Below, one piece after another: positions 1 to 15,440 of a stretch of 64,000 bases of DNA. Where the stretch lies: assembly GCA_951406725.2 (NCBI GenBank), contig OX597840.1:1240001-1304000 (forward strand), in the 5' to 3' direction. Origin of the DNA: Octopus vulgaris. Taxonomy: Eukaryota. A model generated the notes under the pieces. That model did no database searches. It saw only the letters and a program-made list of their open reading frames with translations, and was not told where the DNA came from. The first letter of the stretch is position 1; every line of letters starts with the position of its first letter. A program made the translations under genes and the position numbers.

Positions 1-243
1 TGTCTGTGCGTATGCTGGTATTAGAGCTCAATACGTATTGCAGACATTATATAATATTCAGTATATAATATTCTAAGATGACATCATATATATATATGTG
101 GGTGAATACTTCTGCGATATATGTAGATATGTATGCCATGCCATGTGCCCGAAAATCTTGACATGGTTAAAGGGGTGCTACAGTGAGGCATAATATATCT
201 TGAGATTTTCAAATCAACTCAAAACCTATGATCGCCAGCACAA

Positions 244-629
244 TGGAAGCACTCCGCCGGTTACGACGCTGAGGGTTCCGGTTGATCCGAATCAACGGAA
301 CAGCCTGCTCGTGAAATTAACGTGTAAGTGGCTGAGCACTGCACAGACACGTGCACCCTTAATGTAGTTCTCGGGGATATTCAGCGTCACACAGAGAGTG
401 ACACGGCTGGCCCTTTGAAATACAGGTACAACAGAAACAGGAAGTAAGAGTGAGAGAAAGTTGTGGTGAAAGAGTACAGCAGGGATCACCACCATCCCCT
501 GCCGGAGCCTCGTGGAGCTTTGAGGTGTTTTCGCTCAATAAACACTCACAACGCCCGGTCTGGGAATCGAAACCGCGATCCTATGACCGCGAGTCCGCTG
601 CCATAACCACTGGGCCATTGCGCCTCCAC
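244..629 (-). mobile_element. Full-length tRNA-derived SINE (tRNA-Arg-like head, family C) with 14-bp TSD
   Basis: Minus strand begins GTGGAGGCGCAATGGCCCAGTGG (A box) ... GGTTTCGATTCCC (B box). Identical direct repeat GATCGCCAGCACAA at 230-243 and 630-643. Confidence 0.9.
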
Positions 630-1371
630 GATCGCCAGCACAAATTATTGGACGACATATGTACGCATATGTGTTTACATATGTATGACATATGTGTTTA
701 CGTGGAATTTTTTGTATAATATATAAATACATAAATGGAGTTTAACTCAGGTATAACGTGGAAATACATTATCGACCATATATAGCTAGTGCGTGCACCT
801 TGCTTTTTTGCCGCTAGGCTGTCAACAAGCAGTAGGAATGACTCTCTCAAACTGTCGATTGTTACAATACAATAAAGGCATGTGCAGGCGAAACAACTCA
901 CTCCAAGTTCCATTCAGAAGCGATGGACATCGATATTTCACTACATGCGTGTCTGAACTGCATTAGAGACGAATTGAATCGTCAATCTATGACTGTCCAC
1001 AAATATTGTACACACCATATGCTGGTATGCCTCGACGATGCGTAAGTAGGAATATATTAAAATACGAATTCGAAGCAACGCTAGTTTTGTAAACATTATC
1101 GATGACAGATAATCATTTGAGGCATGCAGTTTCTCCTGTCCACGCCTTTCAGTTGTTTTAACACCCGGCTCTTTAAAGAGTACGCCACACCTTGGTACAT
1201 GCAACCTACCGTTAAGAAATCTTCTTCTGTGCACTGAGTATGCATGGCCGATAATGTTTATAACACTAGCGCTGTTTCTAATTCATAGAATTCTCTCTCA
1301 CACTCTATATAGGCATACGAACATACATATTTATATACGACCTTTCATCGTTACTTCAAAAGCACCAAACA

Positions 1372-1772
1372 CTTACTCTTTTCTCTCTTTCTTGTTTCAG
1401 TCATTTGACTGCGGCCATGCTGGAGTACCACCTTTAGTCGAATCAAATCGACCCCAGCACTTATTCTTTGTAAGCCTAGTACTTATTCTATAGGCCTCTT
1501 TTGTCGAACCACTAAATTACGGGGACGCAAACACACCAGCATCGGTTGTCAAGCGATGTTGGGGGGACAAACACAGACACACAACATACACACACACATA
1601 TATATATACGACGGGCTTCTTTCTGTTTCCGTCTACCAAATCCACTCAGAAGGCTTTGGTCGGCCCGGGGCTATAGTAGAAGACACTTGCCCAAGGTGTC
1701 ACGCAGTGGGAATGATCCCGGAACCATGTGGTTGGTAAGCAAGCTACTTACCACACAGCCACTCCTGCGCCT
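1372..1772 (-). mobile_element. CORE-like tRNA SINE (family A), near full length
   Basis: Minus strand reads AGGCGCAGGAGTGGCTGTGTGGTAAG head, CORE-like ACCTTGGGCAAGTGTCTT, internal (TG)n and an A/G-rich tail. More than 15 related copies in the window. Confidence 0.9.
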
Positions 1773-1977
1773 ATTCGCACAGCTAAGACAACATAGCAAA
1801 AATGCCATCAATTCTCAAATAATTATATTTTCTGAAGTCTAGCAATACTGACGCAATCATATAGTTTCATTTCATGCAATTCTTTTCAAGATCTCACCAC
1901 ATTGGAAGAGATACGTTGATGAATATTTCTTAAAACATGTAAGCCCTTACGAAGCAGTTCTATAATCAAAGCAATAT

Positions 1978-2392
1978 ACTCTTTACTCTTACTCTTTTAC
2001 TTGTTTCAGTCATTTTACTGTGGCCATGCTGGAGCACCGCCTTTAGTCGAGCAAATCGACCCCAGGACTCATTCTTTGTAAGCCTAGTACTTATTCTATC
2101 GGTCTCTTTTGCCGAACCTCTACGTTACGGGGACGTAAACACACCAACATCGGTTGTCAAACAATGCTAGGGGGGACAAACACAGACACACAAACACACA
2201 CACACATACATATATATACATATATACGACGGGCTTCTTTCAATTTCCATCTAACAAATCCACTGACAAGACTTTGGTCGGCCCGAGGCTATAGTAGAAA
2301 ACACTTGTCCAAGGTGCCACGCAATGGGACTGAACCCGGAACCATGTGGTTGGTAAACAAGCTACTTACCACACAGCCACTCCTGCGCCTAC
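1978..2392 (-). mobile_element. CORE-like SINE (family A), full length
   Basis: Colinear with 1372-1772, with (AAAGAGTA)n tail. A further head fragment lies at 2648-2704. Confidence 0.9.
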
Positions 2393-2401
2393 ATATATAT
2401 A

Positions 2402-2534
<133 letters not shown>

Positions 2535-3506
2535 AGAAATTATGGAAAATGTATAGGCAGATGATGAGCAAAGCACCGGCACAGTTTCGATTACCTGTTG
2601 TTATCCGTTGATTTATTGCAGGAACTTCATAGTGGCGGTTGAGGTAACTGAACCCGGAACCATGTGGTTTGTAAGCAAGCTACTTACCACAAAGCCACCC
2701 CTGCCACCATATTGTCATTTGTAGTTAAGAGGACATTATCCCTTTGCATCTCTCCTCTGAACTACGAGTATTTATCCCTCAAATAATGTAACAAAAACAG
2801 TGTATCACGGTTATTAGCGTGAGGAGAGCCATTACGAAGTTGGAGCATTTTTCTCGATTTTGGCGACCAGGTACTTGGATTTAATCAAGCGTTCCCTCGT
2901 AGATATCGACGTATTAATTTAGCATAAGAAATGACTTACTTTCGAAACTCATATTAGAGATTTATTAAGGAGGACAGGTGAAATAACGGACTAAACCAGG
3001 TGCCTTGATAATTCAAAGGTGAATTGTATTGATGTTACATTCGAACTTCGTAGCATCTTAAAATTTCCTTACCATAGGCGGAAAGAAATCTTATATTACA
3101 TAGAGAATCTCTTTAATCATGCTCGCTGTATTATAGATAATCTTGTTAGAAATATTCAAATTAGAAGAATATCTAAACTGTTTAGTAGTTTGGTAAACGC
3201 GTAGATATTTAATACTACCGCAGAATATAATAACGAAGACTGAATACATGTGGATTTAATGAAAAGAAGCTTATAGTTTTAGCCCATAATCAAAACAAAT
3301 GTGTTGCAAAAATCCGGATTCTCCAAAAATCTAAATAAAAATACAAATAGATTTCAATTTTCTCTCCACGAATATTTGAAATGAAATAATCATGCTGTAG
3401 AATTAGAAGTTCATGTGAGTATTGCTAATCAGGCAAATCGCAAATATAATGCAGTTGGAAGCGGTATTACTATAAAGTGAGCGAATCTTATGAAACTCCA
3501 GCATAA

Positions 3507-3921
3507 CTTGTACTTATACTTGTGGCGACATTCACCCTGGGTGGGTTGAGTCGTCTTCTTCCACCACCCTCGAGGCATTGTATTCGCCATTGGGAATTCA
3601 TGGAAAAAGATTCATGGGAATATGTGGATTTGACAAGTGGTCCCCAACATTCCCGCATGTAGAGACATCCTGTTTGCCGCAGATTGTCCGCAAACACGGG
3701 GACAGAACAACCGAGGAGCCATCGGTTGCCGAAGCAGACACTCCGAGGATTTTCACCAGATCCCCGTCTGCCAGGTTGTGGCCCTAATTACACTCGGTGT
3801 CAGACCAATCTGCCTTGGTTGGCCCTACCAGGAACCGAAGTTCCCGAGGGCATAGCACTGACACTACCCGTTGCCAGCGTCCCCACCACGGTGAGGAGGG
3901 GATGGACTTTGGGGACGCAAC
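3507..3921 (-). mobile_element. Short non-autonomous RTE-derived retroelement with 11-bp TSD
   Basis: TSD CTCCAGCATAA at 3496-3506 and 3922-3932. Minus strand has an RTE-5'UTR-like motif GCTATGCC...CCTGGTAGGGCCAACCAAGGCAGA and a short tandem tail AAGTATAAGTACAAG. Confidence 0.65.
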
Positions 3922-4547
3922 CTCCAGCATAAGGAATGCATTCACAGTCACAATTATTCTTTCTACATGAATCCTTGGAATAAGAGTAGTTCCATGGTAA
4001 GAACGTTTTCGAATTTTTAAATTTCAAGAGCACTGAATATGTATCTACACACACACTGACATAAATACACAAACACACTCACATATACACACACATACAC
4101 GCACAAACATACTCATACACACACAAGCACACTCACTTTTATGTAAGAATACATAATTAGATAGTTTATGAACACATCCTCTATAGGGGTAGCCTATATA
4201 TATTCATTTGCATACATAGCTACATGGATATACACATAGACACAAACACACACATGCATAATATTTGATGGATTAACGGATAAAGCTACATGAATAGAAA
4301 TAAATATTGAGATTGACTAGGCAATAATACTAATTTGGAAATAATTTGGATGAAGAGAAATTGAAATAACGTTACACGAAATGACAAGGGAAATATAGAG
4401 AGAATAAGTAAAAGTGAGAAAACAAGCGAAAAAACAAAGAAATAAAGAAAAGGTAGGTGAGGAGTCGGTAAACTACGTTTTTATATACAAGGGGTGGGGA
4501 AAACCTTCACAGATAAAGAATACTAAGTTGGTGTGTTCTCTAGAAAT

Positions 4548-4752
4548 AATTTCTTTAGTACCCACAGAGGGGACAAACAAGGACAGACAAACGGATTAAG
4601 TCGATTTCATCGACCCCAGTGCGAAACTGGTACTTAATTTATCGACCCCGAAAAGATGAAAGGCAAAGTCGACCTCGACGGAATTTGAACTCAGAACGTA
4701 ACGGCAGACGAAATACGACTACGCATTTCGCCCAGCGTGCTAACGTTTCTCC
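4548..4752 (-). mobile_element. Meta-domain SINE (family B) with 10-bp TSD
   Basis: Contains the reverse complement of GTCGACTTTGCCTTTCATC...GGGGTCGATAAATTAAGTACCAGT (MetaSINE-like central domain). TSD CTCTAGAAAT at 4538-4547 and 4753-4762. Confidence 0.85.
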
Positions 4753-5158
4753 CTCTAGAAATGATGTAATGGAAATTTAAAGGAGACATTGAGATGATAT
4801 AGAAAAAATGACGATAGACATGGAAAATATCACCGATGGAGATAATAATGAATGTAGATTTAGAAACCTGAAGATTTAAATTTCAAGAAAGTACTTGCTC
4901 GGAAGAACAACTGAATATAAATATCAGAAAGATGACAAAGAAGATAAAGAAAGGTACTTAGGATGCACAATGCAGCACTATTAAAATATTCAGGCGGGTT
5001 CACGTTTCAACATGTATTTGCAATGCGTAATATTCCAGATTAGCAAACAGAATGATGTTAGATAGATGTTTTAGTCTGTACAAGAAGGCAAGTGAGAGTG
5101 CAAAATCAACATGTAATAGCGTGAAGGCAGAAATACATAAATAAACACAATATTACTC

Positions 5159-5191
<33 letters not shown>

Positions 5192-5354
5192 TACATAAAG
5201 TTACATATCTATTCATATATTTACATATAAATATATAGATGCATACGAACATACACGAATACATGCATACAAACATATATGCATAAATGCATACAACATA
5301 CAAAAAGATATATATATACACATACATACATACGTACATACATACATACGAATA

Positions 5355-5419
<65 letters not shown>

Positions 5420-5784
5420 CTGGGAGTATAGATCTTACACTTAGAGTCATCATGATAGTTAGTGTCCCATCGTGTAAACATAATTTTATTTTGTATCACA
5501 TCCGTCCTTATTATATTAAAATATTTTACGGTGTTCAAACATTTCAACATGTATTTTCAATTAATATTCCAGATTAGCAAACAATGATGTTCAATAGATG
5601 TAAACATAAGCATTACACAAAAAGAGATTTACATACACAGACACATACATATATATATATATATGCTTGTGCAAGTGGATGTGCATGGGTTCGTATATAT
5701 ATGTATATACATATATACACATATATATCTATGTGCATGTATATATGTAATGTATGTATATATGTATATATATGTGTATGTATG

Positions 5785-5842
<58 letters not shown>

Positions 5843-5980
5843 TTAGTTTATATGTATACATGTAAAAGAAGTACAGATATTTGTGCTTTTCTTCGTATAA
5901 ACATATACACAATTCTGGCCTATGCATGTATATACAAACATTCACACACACGCACACGCACACGCAGTCGTGCATGCATA

Positions 5981-6046
<66 letters not shown>

Positions 6047-6096
6047 TGTGTGAGTGTGTGTGTACATACATGGACACTTTCAGCATGTGTTTGTGT

Positions 6097-6136
<40 letters not shown>

Positions 6137-6256
6137 TTGTGTGTGTGTGCATGTATTGTACGCACACATACATTTACCCGAGCGCACAAACACATACCAG
6201 CGGCGTACACACATAAACACTGATAAACGACTTTATGCTTGTTTCAGAATAAATAT

Positions 6257-6321
<65 letters not shown>

Positions 6322-6347
6322 TATAACACATATATACATACACATAT

Positions 6348-6391
<44 letters not shown>

Positions 6392-6521
6392 GTTTATGTA
6401 CGGGAGTAAATAAACCTTTATGCAAGTATATATATATATATCCGTTGCATATGTTGTCACACATCATCACGTTCTCCCCTTCTCTTTCGGAGTCCTATTC
6501 TAATAATCGGATTCCTTACTC

Positions 6522-6728
6522 CAGTATAAAAACTCATTAATTAGATTTAAATATTGTTGCTTTATTCTTTTTATGGCAGGTTTAACCAGAACCAGAAGAG
6601 GCATCGGTAACTGTAACACTTAAATCAACAATACCCTCAACAACAGATGACGACGTACGCATGGGAGTAAACAACTGGCGAAGAAACAATAATAATATAA
6701 TAATAATGATAATAATAATAATAATAAC

Positions 6729-6766
<38 letters not shown>

Positions 6767-6960
6767 TAACTTGCTCAGTATAAAACTCATTAATTAGATT
6801 TAAATATTGTTTGCTTTATTCTTTTTATGGCAGGTTTAACCAGAACCGAAGAGGCATCGGTAACTGTAACACTTAAATCAACAATACCCTCAACAACAAA
6901 TAACGACAATAACAACATAGGGAGTAAACAACTTCAGCGAAGAAACGACGAGTAATGATA
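6522..6960 (+). repeat. Tandem duplication of about 170 bp of unique sequence separated by (AAT)n
   Basis: CAGTATAAAA(A)CTCATTAATTAGATT...GGCAGGTTTAACCAGAACC...GGGAGTAAACAACT occurs at about 6522 and about 6776. Confidence 0.85.
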
Positions 6961-7043
6961 ATAACAATAATAATGATAATAATTTATTACAATGGCAAAT
7001 GAAACAAGCTAATAATAATAATAATAATAGTAATAATATAACA

Positions 7044-7094
<51 letters not shown>

Positions 7095-7185
7095 TAATAA
7101 TAATATAGTGATAATAATAATAATAATAAGAAAAAGATCGAACGAACGAAACAGCAAGGTGAAGATGATGTCGACGGGAGTAGTG

Positions 7186-7327
<142 letters not shown>

Positions 7328-7585
7328 TGATGATGATAAAAATAATAGTGATAAAATTTGGGAACAAATTGTTGAATAATGTTCAACCAATAAAGAATAC
7401 TATGCCAATACGTACAAAAAAAAATTAATACTACGTTGTAACGAACATATGCATGTATATGTGTGTGTATATGCACGTATGTATGGACGTCTTGTTATGT
7501 ACATATTTATGGCTCTAAGGAAACGTTTCTATATGTATAAATACACATATCTATCTGTATATATTTCTATATATATATAATATAT

Positions 7586-7620
<35 letters not shown>

Positions 7621-7754
7621 GCATATATATATATATATGCATATATATATATACATATATATATATATGTGTGTGTGTATGTATATATGTATATATATGT
7701 ATATAACTATCGAATATATATGTACATATATATACATACATATATACATACAAC

Positions 7755-7806
<52 letters not shown>

Positions 7807-8037
7807 GACATATATATTTATGTATATAAATACATTCTCACAAACTTATATTTTAGTAAAAATATTTGCATGTGTGATTGTCTATCCCTCTAACAGTCCA
7901 TGTATGTATGCATGTATGTATGCATGTACGTATATATGTATGTATATATGTATGTATGTATTTACGTATGTATGTATGTATGTTACTATATATAAACCCG
8001 TCTATCCATCTATGTTCTCGTTTATCTCTTTAAACCT

Positions 8038-8081
<44 letters not shown>

Positions 8082-8239
8082 TACATACATCTATGTGTAT
8101 ACACATGAATATCAAAATATCCCCTATATATAATATATATACATACACATACATACATACAAATATATACGTATATATATGTGTGTGTGTGCCTAAATAT
8201 TTGCATGTATACAAACAAAAAAACACACTTGCCTGTGCG

Positions 8240-8272
<33 letters not shown>

Positions 8273-8494
8273 ACACACACACAAACACACACACACGATA
8301 AACATACTATGAATATCTCATAGGGTAAAGAGATACATAGGCCGAAAATAAATTTAACTTAAGCTCGGAAGACAGTGAAATTAATTAAAGAAGGAACACT
8401 CATGTTCATGAACACACGAAAAGTTCATAGAATACACACGTACATACGCATAAAAATATCATCGATCCATACACACACACACACACACACACAC

Positions 8495-8570
<76 letters not shown>

Positions 8571-8994
8571 GGTTTGTGTGTGTGTATCTATGTATGCATG
8601 TTTGTATGCACACGCTACCATTTTATCGATGTTGAAAACCAAATACAAATAGCAAAGTATAGCGATCTAATTTGATAGACGGATATCTGACACGTCCCGG
8701 CAAAATATTGTTAGGTTTTCGTCAAGCAAGCCTTATCTCCTCTTCTGGCTCTTACATTCTTTCACTAACTCAGTGTCTCTCTCTTTTTCTGTCTCTCTTT
8801 CGTTTCATCTCTTTCTCTCTATTTCTTTTTGTTGTAAGAAATATTTTCTTTTTTTTTTTCTGGTATTGAATTTAAACAAACACTACACTCGATATATTTT
8901 CACGATAATTTGTTTAATAAATTGAAGATAGCTGCTGTTTGCAGTTGCTGAAAACTCAGAAAGGAAAACTGTACATAAATAAATACATACATTC

Positions 8995-9038
<44 letters not shown>

Positions 9039-9220
9039 GTATACACATGTGTCTTTATGTGTGTGTTTGCGCGTGTCTGTGTGAGTGTGTTAAACATAAC
9101 GAGATCTGAAAAAATAATTAAAACTTCATAAAATGCAATAAGCATGTTGCATGCTCTATACTTTACACCCACCGGACATGAACACTTGTCTCTAACGAAG
9201 CTGGGTAGATAATATTATAC

Positions 9221-9275
<55 letters not shown>

Positions 9276-10075
9276 AATAATATTTATATATATATATATA
9301 TTTATACATGTGTGTATGTGTATGAGTATATGTATACCTAGCCTTCATCAGCAGTCATCAACGTGAAGAATAGGATGTGCGTTCCTTCTGTGTGTGTGTA
9401 GTTAACTCCTATAAATTTTCATTGTCTTTTCAAATATTTTCTCCCATTTTCTAGTATTTATTTGTATTTGTGTTGTCACTTTGAAATTGGATTATGTTTC
9501 TGAATTAAGATCTTTGGTTAAAAGCTTGCATAAGACATTTTCTTCTTACGTCGTTAGAATATTTACTCAAAGAACTATAAACTCACACAAACAGACAATA
9601 AAACCCACAGCGACATATGCACACGCATACACCCGTGCGTAATTCTATATATACATATATGTATATATATACCTATATATATATATATATTGGTGCAGAT
9701 ATAAAAATGCAACGCACACATGTATATATATACATATACACACATATATATATATATACATATATATATATACATATATATATACATATATATGCATACA
9801 TATATATATACATATATATACGTATATAAATATATACATATATATACATATATATATATACATGTATATATATATATATACAAGTGCATTGGTTTGTGTG
9901 TGTATATGCTTATTTTAAACATGCATGCATTGATATATACTCATACATACATATGCACGCACAGATATGTATGTATATACACATTTTTATTCACACGCAC
10001 ATCAAAGGATGAAAATACACACACAAGTATAAATATGTATATATCTATACATATATATACACGTATACGCACACA

Positions 10076-10109
<34 letters not shown>

Positions 10110-10511
10110 CATGTGTGTACATGTGTATTCATTTTTGTGTATGTGTGCATAATGCTATTCATATTAGGTGTACATTAGTCTCTATATGCATAAGATTATT
10201 CACTCTCACACCGAAACGCCTTTACACACACACTGACACACGCATGGACCTACCAACCGAAATAGATCGATCCATTCGCTCTTTCATCCGTACATACATA
10301 AATACATAAATACATGTTGTTAGAACCGGAATATCAATATCTAAGGTGAAATGCAAGCTGAGCTTCTGTCATCATGATTTCTCATTTCAATTCTTTAGTT
10401 CCATTTGCTAAGTATTGGATTATAAAGAACTTTGCAAATTCTAGCTTTATATGTATACTTATAAATGGATCTATGTATGTATGTGTGTATGTATGTGTGT
10501 ATGTATGTGTG

Positions 10512-10613
<102 letters not shown>

Positions 10614-10621
10614 CCTGTCTG

Positions 10622-10760
<139 letters not shown>

Positions 10761-10877
10761 TTGTATGTCTGTCTTACTCTCTGTCGGCCTGTTTGACGGC
10801 TTGTCTGCCTGTGTGCCTGTCTGCCTCTCTATCAGACTCTATCTACATGCATCTATGTTTCTATCGGCCTCTCTCTA

Positions 10878-10984
<107 letters not shown>

Positions 10985-11393
10985 TTATCTGTCTATTTAT
11001 ATATATATATATCTATCTCTTTATGATTTTTCAGTTACCTTTCACTTTTTCTGTTATTACACTGTGGTCATGCTTAGGCAACGCCTTCAAGAAGTTTTAG
11101 TCGAATGTATCAATCACAGGACATATTCTAACCATACCTTTTGGGTATTTAACCTGCAGTTTCAATACCCAGAAACTGTGGTCCCTGCGTATCACTTAGG
11201 TTGACGAGGGAAGGATGACCTACCGTTGCAAATACCGATAGGGCACAGAAAGTTTGCCCATAGCCAGCTGGAGGAGATGTTCTCCTGGGGCTACAAGCTA
11301 CAGTAACATCCACATTTAGTGGTTAGCCATATTGTGATGGCAAATCTACCTCACATTGTCCTGCAGTTACTGTCTATACCTCGTTCAGAGATT

Positions 11394-11453
<60 letters not shown>

Positions 11454-11514
11454 TATACATACTACATATATATATACACACCCATATATATATATATGTA
11501 CACACACACACACA

Positions 11515-11553
<39 letters not shown>

Positions 11554-12483
11554 GTCAAAATCATATATACGCTTATTTTAATTGCACACACACTCATACA
11601 CTAACACTCTTATATATATATATATATATATATACATACATATACTTACTATCTTGTAAAATTATTTGCTGAATATCTGTACTGCTACACTTAGTTCTTA
11701 CTTCTCTCACTTTTTTTTTTCCACCTCCATATTCCCCCCCTTGTACTTTGTCCTCTCTCCTTCCTTCTATTATCTATCCACCACTCCTCCGCTCTCCTAC
11801 CATGTGACCGGTGTCCAGTCAAAGCCCGTCGTTCTTTTTCGGTCTGCTGATGACCAAACCAGATACGTTTTTGTTCTGTCCATCAAGAACTTTCTCCGTT
11901 TCTTTACGCTATCTCATTACGTCTGTCCTCAGAGCCGGAAAGGATTTTTCTGTTCCGATTGTATTGTTTTGATACTTTACTATTCCATCAAGCAATCGTA
12001 CAGCCGTAAGGCATTTTCTATTGTAATTTGTATAAGTACTATACCTCGACTGTTGCATCTTGTCATTATTTTTTATTGCACAAGCAATATTATTTTGTCC
12101 TGTCCTCGTACACATTCATTTTCCCTGTAGCTCAACGCTCTGGCGCTCACGTAGATATCTGTGGTATAGGTTTTAAATAGCGTGAAACCACTAAGATGTC
12201 TCTGATAACAGCTGATAAGAAAATCAGCTGCGAATGTTCCTTGTATCGTATTTTTGTCTTCCTTTCCTGTCGGCTATGATTTTGCCCAGTTTCCGCCTAT
12301 TTGCTCCTTCTCTGTCTAACTTATGAAATACGTACATAAACGGAGAGAAAGAGAGACAAAAGGAAAGTAGTGCATTTCTGCCGATGTATATATAAATGTA
12401 TGTATGAGACGTATACTACATACACGGATATACAGCACATCTCTTGCACTCTCTCCCCACACACTCTCTTTCTATATATATAT

Positions 12484-12992
12484 ACTAGCAGTATCGCCCG
12501 GCGTTGCTCGGGTTTGTAAGGGAAATAACTATATAAGCATTTTTAGAGAGTTACTTCCCTTATAAATTCGGGCTTTCTTAGCCATTTTTGTTTTGGTGTC
12601 TTCAAGCCATGAAGTCGTTGTTCTAAAAGAACGCTGGTTTCCTTCACAACGCATTACGACGTTGATTTCTTTACACTCCCTTCCCCACAGCTTCACGAGG
12701 GAGGGAAGGGGGAGAAGCAAACAGGTCCAGCTGTGAGCGTGGACGCCAACTCCGCCGCCATCGACACATGATGCATTTTATGCATTAAAATGGAATAAAA
12801 AATTATGTTAAATTATTTTTAAAATCGTAGACTCATCGTTGACGCGCGCTAATACTCAGACGGGCTCGATATGAATCACGACTATAAGATACCCGAATTT
12901 GGTTAAACTGCACCGCAAAATGTGGGAGGAGTTAGGAATCTGAATCGAAGGGGACAGACACTCACACAACTAGAGTTTTATATATATAGATA
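12484..12992 (+). mobile_element. Helitron/Helentron-like non-autonomous element
   Basis: 5' ACTAGCAGTATCGCCCGGCGTTGCTCGGG (subterminal hairpin) and 3' ACAGAC...TTTTATATATATAGAT. The same 5' about 65 bp recurs at 35987. Confidence 0.6.
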
Positions 12993-13386
12993 TATAAATA
13001 GGGAGAGAGAGAGTCAGAGAATAAGGGAGAGCAGTGAAAGAAATTGATGGGTACATAGATAAATGGGGGTATTAGGGTAGGTATTAGTAGATGTGGTGGT
13101 GGTTCGCATTTAAAATGACTCATTACTTGAAAGCAAGTTTAAGAATGAAAAACAGACGTTACATCTTGTTACTACTCCGCTTCCAGAGGTGTCTTAATCG
13201 TGTAATGAAATTCAATATTACTTCCAAATGAAGATTCTCATATCCATTCCTGTATATATTGAAACATAAATCGTATATATATATATATATATATATAAAT
13301 GTTTTATTTATATATATATATATATATGTATGTATATATTCTATAAATACATACATATACATACACATATATACATGTTTATTTAA

Positions 13387-13436
<50 letters not shown>

Positions 13437-13647
13437 AATATTATATATATATGTGCATGCATATATATTATAAATACATACATATACATACACATATATA
13501 CATGTTTATGTACATATATATATATATATATATATAATACGATTATATATATATGATCAAATATACTTACTATATATGCTACACTATTCATTGTGTGTAT
13601 AAACATGTATGTATGTATGTATGTATGCATGTATGTATGTATGTATG

Positions 13648-13684
<37 letters not shown>

Positions 13685-13723
13685 ATAATCACATAGTCAC
13701 AATCATACTGAAACCTGTGTATG

Positions 13724-13757
<34 letters not shown>

Positions 13758-14188
13758 TGTATGTACGTATATATGTACGTATGCATACGCGCGCATAAGT
13801 TATATATCAAAGTTGAACACAGAATAACAGAATATATGCTTCGTCTACGCGAACAAATGAACAGTAATGGCTTGTTTATAAGTTTCTTAAACTTCAAAAC
13901 GGCAGAAGGTGAAGAATAAAAGAGTTTTCAACAAATGTGTTGAAAGCTGTGAATCGCCTTACAATGAATGCCAGTGCGTATTTAAAGAATGGCACGGAGT
14001 AAATGGCATCCTTCAAATGCAGATGCACTTAGTGTATCGCTTTCATTTTGTAAATTCAGGTTTTTGCATAATGGCGAGGTGAAATTATATAATATCTGTT
14101 TGTATTTATAATTCAACCGTTATTATTGTTATTCGTAGTACCGTAGTCGTTCTTGCCTTTGTAGCTGTTGTTGTTGTTGTTGTGGTTG

Positions 14189-14254
<66 letters not shown>

Positions 14255-15249
14255 GTCTTCCTTTTCCTTATATATTCAATAAGATGATGATAATAATAAT
14301 AATAGTAATAATAATAATAATAATTGTCTTCTTCTCCTTCTTCTCTTTCTCCTTCTTCTCCTTCTCCTTCTTCTTCTTCTTCTTCTTCTTCTTCTTCTCC
14401 ATCTTTTCCTTCTTCTTCTTCATCTTCTTCTTCTACTTCTCCTCCGCCTCCTCCTCCTCCTCTTTCTTCTTCTTCTTCTTCTTCTTCTTCTTCTTCCTCT
14501 CCCTCTTCTTCTTACTTCTGCCTATCATTATCATTATTATTTATATCATCCTCATCATCACCCTCATCCTTATCCTCCTCATCTTCCTCCTCCTCCTCTT
14601 CATCCTCCTCCTCCTCCTCCTCCTCATCATCATCATCATCATCCTCACCATCCTTCTCCTCCTCCTCCTCATCATCATCATCATCCTCACCATCCTTCTC
14701 CTCCTCCTCCTCATCATCATCATCTTACATCGTCATCGTCGTCAAAATGGCTGTCAGCAACTTCATCCACTTCCCTTCTCTCTGTCATCAACATCAATAT
14801 CAATATTATTATAACTACTATTACTCTTATAATTATTACTATTTTAACCGTGGCTATTTTTTTGTCCCCTTTCAACAACAACAACAACAGCTACTACTAC
14901 TACTACTACTACATCTACTATCATTTATTGGCAGCAACAGCAGTAGTGGTATTAATAATTTCCCTCTTTTTCTTCTTAATATTATTAGTAGTAAATGTAG
15001 TAGTAGTAGTATAAGTAGTCGTAGTAGTAGTGGTTGTAGTAGTATTTCATGTCTTCGAATATATGTTGTCCATATTGTGCTTCTAATGCATTTATAACGT
15101 CTTAGATTTTCATCGGTATTGCTGTTTTCATAATAATAGTAATAAAAATTATCATAAAACGCAATTATGAAGATTATAATGCATAAAACCTTATAAGTAT
15201 TAATGTAATCTGATAGCTAATACCTATAAACTGATATCTTTCGTAAGTG

Positions 15250-15440
15250 TGAACATTCTATCAGTCAAGGATCTGGACATTGAAATACAAAAGATGGAGC
15301 CTGCAACAAACATAAACACACACGGACACACATGCGCGCGCTCGGACACACAGATATAACATCCCAGGATACCCATTTCTCAGAGAAAACTTAAAGATTG
15401 CGTTGACAAGTATAGACAGAACCTTAGAAAAGGCCTATGA
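15250..15440 (+). mobile_element. Highly decayed R4/Dong-type LINE C-terminal relic
   Basis: Translates to KDLDIEIQKM...IPGYPFLRENLKIALTS, matching the better copy at 17309-17550. Confidence 0.45.

Noticed and set aside
3860-3921. HDV-like ribozyme at the 5' end of the RTE-derived element
   Set aside because: P1-like pairing and a UCCUCAC loop are present, but no P1.1 GG or P2 partner could be placed.
9330-9360. Partial hammerhead cores (CTGATGAAGGC here; similar at about 11845, 12200, 47730 and 60370)
   Set aside because: GAAA, stems or cleavage site are missing or too decayed to call.
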